DNA from: Acidobacteriota bacterium
GTDB lineage: Bacteria > Acidobacteriota > Thermoanaerobaculia > Multivoradales > Multivoraceae
Reading direction: 5' to 3'
Assembly (NCBI GenBank): GCA_011525365.1
Contig: WTGQ01000002.1
Coordinates: 3,092,140-3,156,139, forward strand
DNA length: 64,000 nucleotides
Both the position numbers and the translations under genes were made by a program. The notes under the pieces are model-generated. The model was not told the DNA's origin. It saw only the letters and a program-made list of their open reading frames with translations, and made no database searches. Shown here piece by piece: positions 63,854 to 64,000 of this stretch (within the stretch, counting starts at the first letter, position 1; every line of letters begins with the position of its first letter).

Positions 63854-64000
63854 CCCCGAGGTCGCCGGCCGCCATGCTTCTCGCCGCGGCGGCGACCGTG
63901 GCGCCGGCGGCCGGACAGCACGGCGCGATCGGCGGCGAATGGCGCGAGTACGGCGGCGACGCCGGCGGCACGAAGTACGCGCCGCTCGGCCAGATCAACC
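63850..64000 (+). CDS. PQQ-dependent (glucose/quinate-type) dehydrogenase, 3'-truncated by the window edge
   Basis: GTGA overlap; reads MTPRSPAAMLLAAAATVAPAAGQHGAIGGEWREYGGDAGGTKYAPLGQIN, matching the W..YGGD.G..KY.PL.QIN start of PQQ dehydrogenases. Not in the ORF track. Confidence 0.75.
   Translation, partial: MTPRSPAAMLLAAAATVAPAAGQHGAIGGEWREYGGDAGGTKYAPLGQIN

Overview
A GC-rich (roughly 70% by eye), gene-dense chromosomal window from a diderm bacterium. An Oar-type TonB-dependent receptor, a PVC-type cytochrome/dehydrogenase and DUF1080/DUF885/DUF6644 genes suggest Acidobacteriota or similar (inference). About 53 CDSs can be supported. Housekeeping genes: pheST, rsmE, aroC, deoC, murA, lhr, gltBD, hemB, pdxH. 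Catabolic and accessory genes: boxB, CoA-transferase/enoyl-CoA hydratase, MaoC dehydratases, LarA-family racemase, esterases and peptidases. I saw no rRNA, tRNA, CRISPR array, integrase or transposase. The best candidate for an undescribed system is the minus-strand operon at 5901-2185: two tandem paralogous QueG/reductive-dehalogenase-like proteins (predicted cobalamin + 2x[4Fe-4S]) with a non-canonical shared Cys spacing, then a small HTH protein, a luciferase-like flavin monooxygenase and pdxH. Also notable: three eukaryote-type sterol-tailoring homologues (ERG24-, ERG25/ERG3- and ERG26-like); a 22-bp duplication that creates a translational relay mini-ORF between a LysR gene and gltB; a split ALDH16-like pair behind deoC; a Cys->Asp MurA; a Trp/Glu-repeat secreted protein; and repeated leaderless-type promoter geometry. 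All family calls come from motif recognition by eye; no database searches were run.
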